NCBI GenBank assembly: GCA_964016885.1
Contig: OZ024749.1
Span: 31,496,001 to 31,560,000 of the forward strand
Length of the DNA stretch: 64,000 bases
Origin: Eledone cirrhosa
Lineage: Eukaryota
Reading direction: 5' to 3'
Shown here: positions 15,191-28,743 of the stretch, in pieces
Layout: every line of letters begins with the position of its first letter
Position numbering within the stretch: position 1 is the stretch's first letter
Made by a program: the position numbers and the translations under genes
The notes under the pieces: generated by a model
Told to the model about the DNA's origin: nothing
Databases searched by the model: none
What the model saw: the letters and a program-made list of their open reading frames with translations, nothing else

Positions 15191-15438
15191 ATAAAATAAT
15201 AATAAATAAAAACAAAATAAAATTTAAAAAATGAATATATATATATATATATACACACATACATACATACATACATACACACATATATATATACATACAC
15301 ACATATACATTAATAACAATAATAATAATAACGACAATAATAATAACGACAACAACAACAATAATGATATACATATATATATATATACACACACACGCAC
15401 ACACATAAACATATCTATACATACATACATACATACAT

Positions 15439-16044
15439 GGTGGCTGCCAACTCGTTTTCGAGTACGGCCACTACTTTATATCCATGTAGGAGAACATCTA
15501 CTGATGCGCTAAACGAGTGTGACTTTTTAGTCCAGCCAGCGACTTGAAAACTCTGGTACAAACACTACACTTGTGACAATTATTGACACATAGTGCTAGG
15601 CCCATGGTACCATGTGACGACAAGTGCAGAGAGATCGCCAGATATAAAGCAATGCCTGTGCCGTGAAGCTTTTATAGTGAGCAAAGGCACTGCACAAAGC
15701 CAGTCCCACTGTCTTAACCAAGATGATATTTACCAAAAAGAAGAACAAGTCAACATCATTGGATACCATCAGGGTTGCAGGAGTTATATCAGAGTTTTCC
15801 TTCTCCTAGAATTCTGCCTTGACAAAGGCTAAGGGGTCATCTCTCCCGGTGATTTTGGATGGCCATTGACTCTTAAGAGCTCCTTTGCCCTTTGACAGGT
15901 TTTGTTTTTAGTCCTGCAGGATGTCCAAAGTCACCCTCCTCACCAAGAAACCTTGGTGGGGTTGCCAGTTTAGTTGCCAACGACCCGACCACGAGACAGG
16001 TTGTACTGGGATACATGTTACCAGTAGCACAAGCTAGTGACCTG
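15439..16044 (-). mobile_element. Internally deleted non-autonomous RTE-type element (about 600 bp) between (CATA)n tracts
   Basis: RTE 5'UTR-like motif GGAGAAGGAAAACTCTG (15790-15806); C-terminal C2H2 finger CHKCSVCTRVFKSLAGLKSHTRLAHQ* (15578-15501); 3' hairpin then (ATGT)n. Confidence 0.7.
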
Positions 16045-16099
16045 ACATACATACATACATACATACATACATACATACATACATACATACATACATACA

Positions 16100-16130
<31 letters not shown>

Positions 16131-16199
16131 GTCCGAATCATCCACTGCGCAATTTATTTTACATAATATTGAACTTACAATACTGATAACTGATAGAGA

Positions 16200-16280
16200 C
16201 GGCGTATTGGCAGAGTTTTTGTTGCATTCATTCCGGCGCTCAGTGTCTTATGTTCAAATCCTGCCGGGGCTAAATTTATT
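16200..16280 (+). mobile_element. Degraded SINE 5' part
   Basis: TTGGCAGAG A-box-like and GTTCAAATCCTGCCG B-box-like. Confidence 0.5.
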
Positions 16281-17220
16281 TCTTATTATTTTGAGGTCTA
16301 GAAATACTGTATTTTCAGGCGCCGAAGACGCTTCGTCCTCGAGAACGCACCCTAATTTTGACAACCAAAAATTTGAAAAAGGATAATAATAAACCTTCGG
16401 CCTTCAGGGCGCATGGTAGATTTTTTAGACTTATTTTATGAAAAATGTATTTTTTATACCACTGAAATCAGCGAAGGATCCCACTGACTAATATCAAACG
16501 GTCTGATACGTTTCTTTTCCTACGAAATAAACCGAAATCGACTGTTTAATGAAATTCAAAGAAACATTTATTATTCAATTGAGTCTCAATACGGTTTTGT
16601 AATCACTTACGAAAGTTGAATTGTAAATGTTTTATTGTAAATAATGCAAGCGGCTTTTGTGGTTATGAAAACGAAAAAGGAAGGGAAAGGCAAGGGCAGT
16701 AGGGGCACAGAAGAATGGGATAGGGAAGGGGGAGGGGGTCTCTAGAGCTAGGGCACGGTGGTGTTGGGGCTGCGTAATGCGGACAAAACCGCAAATGCAT
16801 TCCAGTAGATAATGTCCAACCACACCCGCTGCAACAGCCACCCCACCTCGCGGTGATCCTTCCTCAGACGGGCTGCTGACCTTCCGATCTTGCAGAGGTC
16901 CTCAGCAGTACGGGGTCCAAGTACGCCTGGTCTCGACGGTCACTGTCATCATTTACGTAAGAGATTTTCTTAAGTTAGGTTTCAAAGTAAAAAAAAATTA
17001 CGGTGTAGTTAACAATTTTAACCAATTCCTCTACATTCCTGATTATTTTCAAAATTATTTGTAAATTATAGGCAGTGTGATTAATAAACTTTATAAATAA
17101 AACTTTTTTATTCCCAACCCCAACATAATAATGAGAAAATTAGTTATTTCACGAATCCTTCTAAATTCTTGATTATTTTCAAAATTATTTGTAATCTATC
17201 ACTATCGGCGTATATAAAAG

Positions 17221-17440
17221 GGCGGTGGATTGGCAATATCAGTAGAGCGTCGGACACCATGCTTTGCAACATAGAGTTACGGTCCTTTATGATCTGAGTT
17301 CAAATCCCGCCGAGGTTAACTTTGCCTTTCATCCTTACGGGGCCGATAAAATAAAGTACCAATCACACATTGGGGTCGATTTAATCGTCCTTCTCCGTTC
17401 CAAAATTGTTGGCTTTTTGCCTGTATAAGAAACCATTATT
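17221..17440 (+). mobile_element. tRNA-derived SINE, full length (central domain resembles Meta/MESC-type SINE core)
   Basis: A box TGGCAATATCAG, B box GTTCAAATCC, core ACTTTGCCTTTCATCCTTACGGG..GATAAAATAAAGTACC. Confidence 0.85.
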
Positions 17441-17718
17441 TTGAGGTCTAGAAGTAAGCTATTACTCGCATCAAGGGTTCGAAGCTTTTCATTAAAAAGA
17501 TATAAATATCTGTTATGCTACTGAAATCTGCGAAGGAGTCCTACTGTCTGATATCAAATGGTCTGATATTTTCAAAATTATTTGTAAATTATAGAATTAT
17601 AGGCAGTGTCATTAATTAAATATATGGTAACGAAAAGCCTAAATTGTAAATATTTATATAACTTTTTGTCATAACTTTATAAATGGACCTTTTTTATTCC
17701 CAACCTCAACATAATAAT

Positions 17719-17900
17719 TGGTTTTACTTTTGGCACAAGGCCAGCACATACCCCAGTGTATTACTGATACTTTATTTTATCGACCCCATAAGGATGAAAG
17801 ACAAAGTTAACCTCGGCGGGATTTGAACTAAGAACTTAACGGGCCGTAACTCTATGCTGTGAAGCAGGTGTCTGACGCTCTACCGAGACTACCAATTCAT
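17719..17900 (-). mobile_element. tRNA-derived SINE
   Basis: Reverse complement of same family. Confidence 0.88.
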
Positions 17901-17917
17901 CAAACCCAACATAATAA

Positions 17918-18103
17918 TTGTTTCTAATTTTGGCACAAGGCCAGCAAATAGCCAGTACATTACTGGTACTTTATTTTATCGACCCCGTAAGGATGAAAGG
18001 CAAAGTTAACCTCGATGGGATTTGAACTCAGACTGTAAAGAGACGTAACTATGCTGGAAAACATGGCGTCCGACTCTCTACCGATACTGCCAATTCACCG
18101 CCC
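17918..18103 (-). mobile_element. tRNA-derived SINE
   Basis: Reverse complement of same family; flanked by AAACCCAACATAATAAT direct repeats. Confidence 0.9.
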
Positions 18104-18545
18104 CTAATAAAAACCCAACATAATAATGAAGAAGTTATTTATTTCACGAATCCCTCAAAATTCTTGATTATTTTCAAAATTATTTGTAATCTATCACCAT
18201 TTGAGTGGTTAAATAGTTCACTTTGAAACTATTTTATTTCTGTTCAATTCCACTGAGCGATACATAGACACATGTCTTCTAAAATAGCTCAGGGAGACCA
18301 GTGCCTTGTGAGTCGAATTGGAAGAACAGTTTTGTCCCCCTATCAATGTTACAGTGTCAAAATAATGGAGTACATGGCCAAATTTATTATCTAAGAAGTT
18401 GTCTGAAGACATCGTGTCCAGAATTGCACCATAGCTTCATGGTGTAACAATGCCACCAGAGAAATACGTATTACGGCCAATTATGTAATAAAAGAAGTTA
18501 TAGAAAACTAGCCTTTAAGTTTTATTATTACTGTATATGAACTCT

Positions 18546-18731
18546 GGCGTTGGATTGGCAGTAGAGGGTGGGACGCCATGCTTTGCAGCATAAAGTTACG
18601 GCTCTTTACGGTTTCAGTTGAAATCCCGCCGTGGTCAAATTTTGCCTTTCATTATCACGTGTCGATTATAAGGTACCAGTAATGCACTGGGATAATTGCT
18701 GGCCTTGTGCCAAAAGTAGAAACAATTATTA
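18546..18731 (+). mobile_element. tRNA-derived SINE
   Basis: Same family; flanked by TTATTACTGTATAT-like direct repeats. Confidence 0.85.
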
Positions 18732-19241
18732 CTGTATATAACCTCCGATCTTATATTAATATATGTGTGTGTGTGTGCGCGCGTGTGTGTCTACACGTGT
18801 GCATCCATACACATGTGAATCCATATATGTATATATCAGTTAACTCTTCCTCACACTTCCACTCACTCACTCACTGTTTCTCCTCTCCTCACTTCACCCC
18901 GTTCGCAAACAAAGCAATTTCTCTCTTTTCTTACATTGCATTCGTTCGTGAAAGGTCTTTTTTCTAAGCGCTCATATATTCACCTAGCTTATGCTAACAG
19001 AATAACTATGAAGCTTGTCTCCTTCCTTCTACGGTTAGCTCTACTCTTTGTTGTTTTCTTGTCTCACTCGCTTTACGCGTTTTAATTGTCCTAATAACTT
19101 AATTTAGTTATTATTGCACCGACGTGAGGTATATGATTTTTAATGCAATGAAATATCTATGATCGTCGGCAAATCACTGATGAGGGACTTATTTTATTAC
19201 ATGTTATCCATGTGCTACCAGCAGTATTTTTCTCCCCATTT

Positions 19242-19294
<53 letters not shown>

Positions 19295-19574
19295 CATACT
19301 ATCAGCTGTACTTTAGATTTACGTTACATTTAGGTCAACAAAAGCATGTTGGTGTCTAGAGTTCAACGAATTCCTATTTTTAGGGACACTTTCTATATTT
19401 GTTCAATAGAGTAGGAGGTACCAGACATTCTAACCACACACCACTGAAATACACACATACGCATATACACATAGACACACTCACACAGACAAACATACTA
19501 CCGCACGCACTATATTGACACGTGCGTAAATATACACGTGCAAAGTAAAAAATGCAGTCCCATCCTATTAGTAG

Positions 19575-19630
<56 letters not shown>

Positions 19631-19730
19631 TCTTTTACCCTTTTTCCTGTTCCAGCCATCTGAATGAGGCCATGCTGGGGCACCGCCATATATATATATA
19701 TATATTTATAAATATATCTATATATATATA

Positions 19731-20000
19731 CATGGAAAGTTATATTTAAATTGTTGGGTTACAACTAGTAAATATTTATAACTGATATAAAAGCACTCAA
19801 CAAGTATTTGGAGTATATTTACGATATTAAATAAATGGAAACTATATTTATAAAACCATATTTATTTCATTATATATATTTCAGGGATATCATATTAACA
19901 ATATGTTATGCCTTCTTCAGACAAAATACAATATAGACAGTTTTATAGATAAATAGATTTGACATACCGTTCAACATCGACTTGTATTTGAAAAAGTTGA
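19731..20000 (-). mobile_element. Hammerhead-containing short element, family B, single arm plus tail
   Basis: Homologous to 45242-45520; minus-strand TATTTTGT-CTGAAGA-stemII-GAAA-TATATA-TA-ATGAAATA at 19863-19928; in TA-rich repeats. Confidence 0.75.
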
Positions 20001-20002
20001 TT

Positions 20003-20037
<35 letters not shown>

Positions 20038-20058
20038 GCACACACACATATATATATA

Positions 20059-20111
<53 letters not shown>

Positions 20112-20132
20112 ATATATATGTGGCATGGTGCG

Positions 20133-20166
<34 letters not shown>

Positions 20167-21067
20167 CACACATACACACATACATACATACATACATACA
20201 TACATACATACATACATACATACATACATACACACACCCATACATACATACATACATACACACACCCATACATACATACATACATACACACACACATACA
20301 TAAATATACAAATACATACATACATACATACATACATACATACATACATACATACATACATACATACATACATACATACATACATACATACATACAGGCA
20401 TACATAGATATATATACACAAACGCCGCAGACACAATTACACGGGTGGCTGAAGCTCAACAAAAGGTAACCATAACAGACAACTCTTTTTTTTATAGGGG
20501 TGGCGTTATTGGAGAGGGTTATCAGTAGGATGAAGGGGGTGGATGAGGGAGCTTGGTAACGGCCCAATATGATGCGAGCGCTTTGTATAGGGGGTCAGCG
20601 GGGGTGGGGGTGATGTGTAATTATTGTGTTGGGTTTGTAAAGAATTCGTGGTGGTGAAAAAAGGGAGGAGGAGCTGAAGGGGTGGTGCAGGTTAAAAGGT
20701 GAGGGAGGAGAGGAAGAGATGGTGGAGGATAGGGACCACTGAAACCAGAAGAGATTAAAGAAAGACTGAGAGAAAGAAAGAATATACTGAAAGAAAGAGG
20801 AGAGGAGAAAAGAGATTTCTATTGTTGTCATAATAAAATGTTATGTAAGACAATGTGAGAGCGGTGGATAGATAGAGAGGTAAATATCAGTGATAGATAG
20901 ACGAAGGTAGTGGATAATACACACACACACGCATGTATAGATGTATGTATATACACACACACATATATATATATATATATACATCAACACATGTATACAT
21001 ACACATCTGACAGTTCAGTTTATGTAACATTTTCTACTGACACTACATACATAAAATACATACATAC

Positions 21068-21760
<693 letters not shown>

Positions 21761-21781
21761 ATATATATATATATATATAAT

Positions 21782-22164
21782 ATAAGATCAAAAGATGGTT
21801 AAAGTAGTTCCATGTATTTTATTATGCGCATTTCAAAAACAAACATCATCATGCAATAATATTTGTGTTTTCATCAGATAAAACAGGAGAACATGATATG
21901 AAGGCTAAAAACACTTGTGGATAGTGCAGTTTCAAATCAACAAGTGTTTTTAGCCTTCATATCATGTTCTCCTGTTTTATCTGATGAAAACACAAATATT
22001 ATTGCATGATGATGTTTGTTTTTGAAATGCGCATAATAAAATACATGGAACTCCTTTAACCATCTTTTGATCTTATGTTATTTATACTCTAGTCCTACAA
22101 ACTGTAGAGTGCTTCTTATCCGATATCTGCATTGCTTTATTGTACTACAATAAAACTCACCTCC

Positions 22165-22168
<4 letters not shown>
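21782..22168 (+). mobile_element. Fold-back hammerhead element, family A copy 1
   Basis: Inverted arms 21782-21917 and 21941-22076, tail to 22168, flanked by (TA)n. Confidence 0.8.
21975..22041 (+). ncRNA. Minimal type I hammerhead ribozyme motif (mirror copy on minus strand 21817-21883)
   Basis: Stem I TTTTAT/ATAAAA, CTGATGA, imperfect stem II, GAAA, palindromic stem III ATGCGCAT, predicted cleavage after UA. Confidence 0.7.
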
Positions 22169-22200
<32 letters not shown>

Positions 22201-22258
22201 CGTAGAAGTATCCGACAACCCCAGTAGACAACTGATGAGGAAAACTATATATATATAC

Positions 22259-22605
22259 AAGATCAAAAGATGTTTAAAAGAGTTCCATGTATTTTATTAT
22301 GCGCATTTCACAAACAAATATCATCGTGGGATGATATCTGCGTTTTCATCAGATAAAATAGGGATACATGATATGAAGCTTAAAAAACACTTGTGAATAG
22401 TGAAATTTTAAATCAACATATCATATTTTATCTGATGAAAACGCAGATATCATCCCAGGATGATATTTGTTTTTGAAATGCGCATAATAAAATACTTGGA
22501 ACTCTTTTAACCATCTTTTGATCTTATGTTATTTATACTACAAATTGTAGAGTGCTACTTATTCGATATTTGCATTGCTTTATTGTGCTACAATAAAACT
22601 CACCT

Positions 22606-22607
<2 letters not shown>
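22259..22607 (+). mobile_element. Fold-back hammerhead element, family A copy 2
   Basis: Same arm start and tail as copy 1; hammerhead 22426-22492 with stem II GCAGATATCATCC/GGATGATATTTGT. Confidence 0.8.
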
Positions 22608-22663
<56 letters not shown>

Positions 22664-22674
22664 TAGAGAGAGAG

Positions 22675-22705
<31 letters not shown>

Positions 22706-22755
22706 TGTATGTGTGTGTGTATTTTATCACCTCTCTCTCTCTCTCTATCTATCTA

Positions 22756-22832
<77 letters not shown>

Positions 22833-22874
22833 GAAAGCAGCGAATCTTTGCTTAAAGTTTAATCTGTTATTTTA

Positions 22875-22951
<77 letters not shown>

Positions 22952-23089
22952 AATTGAGATAATATAGCAGTGTATATTATTTCAGCTTAAAGCCTAACAA
23001 ACGACAAAATTCCAAGAGTTTATTATCATGGAGTAAGGACGCCTCTTCGTAGTTTGAAATATCGAAAATCAAAGATATTTCATTGTCAT

Positions 23090-23815
23090 GATGGCGGTTG
23101 TGGTGGTGTAGGTGATTGTGATGAGGAAGAAAGTAAGGAGCCGGCATAGTAAATGTTGTTATGGTGGTGGTGGGGGGGGGGGGGCGTTAGTGGTGGTAGT
23201 GTTGTTGGTGGTTGTGTTAGTGGTGGTGATGTTTGTGGTGGTGATGTTAGTGGTGTTAGGGGCGGTGGTGTTAGTGTTGGTGGTGGTGGTGGTGTTAGTG
23301 GTGTTAGTGGTGGTGGTGCTAGTGGTGTTATTGATGGTGTTGGTGGTGCTTGTGCTGTTAGTGGTGGTTGCGGTGGTGGTGGTGGTGGTGGTGGTGTTAG
23401 TGGTGGTGGTGGTGATGTAAGGTGGTGATGGTGTTAGTGGTGTTAGGGACGGTGGTGTTAGTGTTGGTGGTGGTGCTAGTGGTGTTAGTGGTGTTAGTGG
23501 TGGTGGTGCTAGTGGTGTTAGTGATGGTGTTGGTGGTGCTTGTGGTGTTAGTGGTGGTGGTGGTGTAAGGTGGTGGTGGCGTTAGTGGTGTTAGTGGTGG
23601 TGTTGGTGGTGGTAGTGTGTTGCTGATATTCGTGGTGGTGGTGGTGGTGTTCGTGGTGGTGGTGTTAGTATTGGTGTTAGTAGCAGTGGTGGTTTTAATG
23701 GTGGTGGTGGTGGTGGTTGTGATGTTAGTGGTGGTGGTAATGGCAGTGGTGTTGTTGTTAGTGGTGGTGGTGTTAGTAGTGGTGGTGGTGGTAATGGTAG
23801 TGACATTGCCAGTGG
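23090..23815. repeat. GGT/TAG low-complexity tract
   Basis: Degenerate (GGT)n with GTTAGT variants. Confidence 0.9.
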
Positions 23816-24162
23816 TATAGGTAGAATAGGTTGTCATGTGTAACAGCGTTTGGCGTTGGTAGCGTTAAGTCACACTAGTGTAGGTTTATTGTTGGTAGTA
23901 AAGGTAATGGTACATAGCTGGTGTGATGTTGTTGAGGGTGATTGTTAGTGTTCTAGATGATTCTAGAATCTTTGGAGTCTCCATAATTGCAACATGAAAG
24001 GTGGCAATTGCTTTAGGTTTTTCTTTCCTAATATATTGTTTCACCACATAGAATGTAAACACAAACACAAACACATCATATATACAAACTCAATATATAT
24101 GTATATATATTATATATATATATATATATAGTGTATAAATGTATACATACATACATACATGT

Positions 24163-24199
<37 letters not shown>

Positions 24200-24239
24200 C
24201 GTGTGTGTGTGTGTGTGTTTGTTTATGTATATATACATA

Positions 24240-24277
<38 letters not shown>

Positions 24278-24861
24278 GTGTGTATATATATATATATATA
24301 TATGTATATGTGTGTATATATATATATATATGTGTGTGTGTATATATGTGTGTGTGTGTGTGTGTGTATGTATGAATGTATGTATGAATGTGTATAAGCC
24401 TGTATATATATATATATATATGTGTGTGTGTTTGGTTTAGGTTCCTATACGTATTTATTTCATTATTTCGTGTGACAATTAGTTTAATAACTTAGCTAGA
24501 AGACTCTAATTCAAACTTAACTGCAGTTTGCTAGCTCAGCTGGAAGCTGTGATCAAACTAGTAAATTATTCAGCAAACTTTGTTTTCTTAAAGTGAGTTT
24601 CAAATACAAATACCACAAAAATAAAATAACACACAAGAGAAAATAATTCTCTTAAACAATATGACTCACATAGATTTGTCTGCTTCTCGCCACACACACA
24701 CCAACACACACACACAGACATATATATATATATGTGTGTATCCCAGGTTCAATCGGGGGGGTAGCCACGGTAAGTAAGGTACTCAATAGACAACAGAGTA
24801 TAAATATTTAATATAGAAATGGATTCTACAGGGCTAGAACTGTTTCATTCGAAGGCTATAT

Positions 24862-24947
<86 letters not shown>

Positions 24948-25034
24948 GTATATATGTATGTAGATTACATGTTACTCTTATATAAAGAGTAAAGGGTAAA
25001 GTCTTTTGTGTTCTTTTCTTCTCGTTTATCTCAT

Positions 25035-25080
<46 letters not shown>

Positions 25081-25414
25081 AATATGGGTGAGAAGAATAC
25101 TGCTGGTTGCACATGGATAACATGTTATAAAATGAGTCCCTCATCAGTGATTTACCAAACGATCATGGGTATTTCATCGCATAATAAATCATATACCTCA
25201 CGTTGGAGCGATAATAACGCGTAAAGCGAGTGAGACAAGTAAACAACACAGGGGGAAGCTAACCGAAGATGGAAATAAACACAAGCAACATAGTTATTCT
25301 TTCAGCATAAGCTGTGTGAATATATGAGCGAGTCGCAAACAGACCTTTTGCTAGTGAATCCGGTATAGGCAATTTCTGGACATTTTCTGGACATTTTCTA
25401 TTTCTGAATGAGTC

Positions 25415-25545
25415 GAGAAATAGCCGTCGAAAAGGCTTAATCTCTGCCGTTGGGGTCTTGAACAATTTCCTATTACGCACTCTATAACCCTAAGTATTGA
25501 GTACTCTGGTGTGTTATGGTTCCTTTCCACACTTCCTTCGTTATA
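25415..25545 (+). mobile_element. Family F short TA-inserted element (3' part and tail)
   Basis: TAGCCGTCGAAA...CCGTTGGGGTC...TAAGTATTGAGTACTCTGGTG...TTCCTTCGTTATA as in 34025-34153. Confidence 0.75.
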
Positions 25546-25647
25546 TATATAACTTTAAGTTGCTATTGGTTCACCGGTTTACGTACTCAATGTTAATAAT
25601 GGGTCCGGTTGACGATGTGGTATTCTACGTATAGTATTTCATCGTAG

Positions 25648-25803
25648 TCGGACGCCATGCTTTCAAGCATAGTTACGTCCCTTTACGATCTGAGTTCAAA
25701 TCCCGCCGAGGTTGACTTTTGCCTTTCATGCTTACCGGGTCGATAAAGTAAAGTACCAGTAATGCACAGGGTAATTGCTGGCCTTGTGCCTAAAGTAGAA
25801 AAA
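25648..25803 (+). mobile_element. 5'-truncated SINE with 19-bp target-site duplication
   Basis: AGTATTTCATCGTAGTCGG at 25633-25651 and 25804-25822; an inverted SINE tail fragment follows at 25846-25889. Confidence 0.85.
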
Positions 25804-25888
25804 AGTATTTCATCGTAGTCGGTATTATTAAGAAGCAGAGTGTTAATAATTGATTCTACTCTTGGCACAAGGTCAGCAATTACCCAGT

Positions 25889-26094
25889 GAAAGCAACTGG
25901 TGCGTGTGTTTCTTATTGGCAACATGACCCTCCCAAAGCATAACAATATCGGTTTCAACACACGTTTTCAGATAAAGAATCTTGCTAAACAAATTCAGAA
26001 ACGAAATATCGTAAGCTTTAGCCAGGCTAACAAGATACTGAAAACCACCATGTTCTGTTGTCTACGAAAAACAATAACATCTCGACAACTACAC

Positions 26095-26099
<5 letters not shown>
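25889..26099 (+). mobile_element. Tail fragment of the PLE at 51669-54022, extended further into the probable ORF N-terminus
   Basis: Near-identical to 53905-54022, then continues [42 protein letters not shown]... until (TA)n. Confidence 0.75.
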
Positions 26100-26165
<66 letters not shown>

Positions 26166-26348
26166 ATGTATGTATATATATATATGTGTGTGTGTGCAGA
26201 TTATTATAATAGACACAGAAACATGTTAAAGCCAATAAATTCTCGTCGAAGTCTATATCGCTTTGGTGCAATACTTGCTTATATTATACACACACAAACA
26301 CCACACATACGTATGTGGTATGAGAGTGTGTGTGTGTGTCTGTGTGCG

Positions 26349-26457
<109 letters not shown>

Positions 26458-26506
26458 TTATATATATATATATATTTCCACATATATATATATTTATATA
26501 TATATA

Positions 26507-26567
<61 letters not shown>

Positions 26568-26582
26568 TTATATATATATATT

Positions 26583-26620
<38 letters not shown>

Positions 26621-26624
26621 TTTA

Positions 26625-26662
<38 letters not shown>

Positions 26663-27226
26663 TGAGGAAAGTGCGTATGTCTGGGCATGTGTATGTGTTT
26701 ATTTGTGTATATGAAAGTAAACAGTAAATATAATTGCTCTAGACAAAACGACAGATAAATTTCATTTCAACACAAAATGACATTTTAAATGGCAGCTTCA
26801 ATATTTCTTGCTCAAACACAATACATAGATTGAATTACATTTTCAAAATTATAATTTCATCATTTACGCAAATTTTACCACTATATAATTCGAACAATGG
26901 AATAAAATATCGAACTCAGCGCTAAACTAAGATTAGCTGAAATGAAATATTTGCTATTTAGCCGTCTTTTGTTAATTTCTGATTTGAAATTATTAGATAA
27001 TTTATATCGTATATCTATGTTTTATTTCAAATATCTATGTTTTTGTAAGAGAAGATTCGTGTAGAAGTTCCGACATTGTTCGGAATAATGTATCATTATC
27101 CAAGGCTTTCGATTTGAAGAGTTTAACAGTCAATATGTTTACACAGAGTCGCAGATATATATGCATAATTCCACACATAAAAACACACACATACATACGC
27201 ACGAACACACAGACATACGCACAAGC

Positions 27227-27303
<77 letters not shown>

Positions 27304-27439
27304 AGTGTTTCAATGATATGTGTGTTTGTGTTTGTGTCTATGTGCGTAAAGAGAGAGAGAGATAAAGATAGATAGGCATACAGATAATGTATAACTTTAC
27401 ACATAATATATATAATTATATATATATATATATGTGAAG

Positions 27440-27512
<73 letters not shown>

Positions 27513-27514
<2 letters not shown>

Positions 27515-27783
27515 ATAATTGTTTCTACTTTTGGCACAAGGCCAGCAATTACCCAGTGCATTACTGGTACTTTATTTTATCGACCCCGTAAGGATGAAAG
27601 GCAAAGTTAAACTCGGCGGGATTTGAGCGCTCAGAATGGCAAGGGCTGTAACTCTATGCCATTCTGAGTTCAAATCCCGCCGAGGTTAACTTTGCCTTTC
27701 ATCCTTACGGGGTCGATAAAATAAAATACCAGTAATGCACGGAGTAATTGCTGGCCTTGTGCCAAACGTAGAAACAATTATTA
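27513..27783. mobile_element. Head-to-head inverted SINE pair
   Basis: Arms of about 128 bp around a 15-nt spacer; flanked by (TAG)n left and (CTA)n right. Confidence 0.88.
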
Positions 27784-27819
27784 CTACTACTACTACTACT
27801 ACTAGTAGTAGATGTAATA

Positions 27820-27976
27820 ACAATTATGTCTAGCAATGGCCAGCAATTTGTAAGGAAAAGGAAAATTGATTAAACCGACCTCAGTTTGTTACTCGTACAT
27901 TTTCTTCATCACCGAAAGTATGAAAGGCAAAGATTCACTCAACGGTATTTGAGCTCAGAATGTAAAGAGCCGTAAC
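27820..27976 (-). mobile_element. Older diverged SINE copy
   Basis: GGCCAGCAATT...ATGAAAGGCAAAG...ATTTGAGCTCAGA...GAGCCGTAACTA. Confidence 0.7.
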
Positions 27977-28711
27977 TATAGGAATTTATAAAAGAAACAG
28001 TGAATAGGTATGTGGTTGTGGATACAGTGAATCGAATGAAATAAAACCGTTCGATAGATTTCTAGTTGTGGGTAGTGATGATGGTGATGGTCGTGGTGCT
28101 GATGGTGGGTTGTAATGTTTAAGGTGGTGGTGGTTATGATGTTGTGTAGAAAATAACTTAGATGGGAAGAAGAGTGTATAAAACAGTTACTTTCCTTCAT
28201 GATGGTAATATCGTAATAGAATAAGAACCTTCTGTTAGCGGTTTTGGGGACAAAATGAAGTACATACACAAAACAAGTCCCACTCAACAACCCTAAAATC
28301 AATAATAAAATAGAAGTAGAAAAGTAATCTGGTTCAGGCCCATCCTTATATAACGTAAATATTAATATAGATGAGAATTTTTTAGATCTTATACATAAGC
28401 ATCACACACATATACACAATATAGGTACCGTAAAGTTTTCAGAAGGCGCTTCGTAAAGATAAGGTATTCCTGCGGACCCTACATGAGAACGAAAATAACT
28501 GCTACACGCAAACCCGATGGAGATCCAGGGCGCTATAAACATACATACATACGTACATACATACGTACATACATACGTAAAATACATACGTACATACATA
28601 CATAAATACGTAAATGTATGCTACCTTTCAGCAACGACATAACACATGAAATACGGTATTCCTACTATATATATGTCTGTATGTCTATGTGTGTGTGAGT
28701 GAGTTTGTATG

Positions 28712-28743
<32 letters not shown>

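Noticed and set aside
23190-23600. Telomeric repeat
   Set aside because: Only isolated TTAGGG hexamers within a GGT tract.
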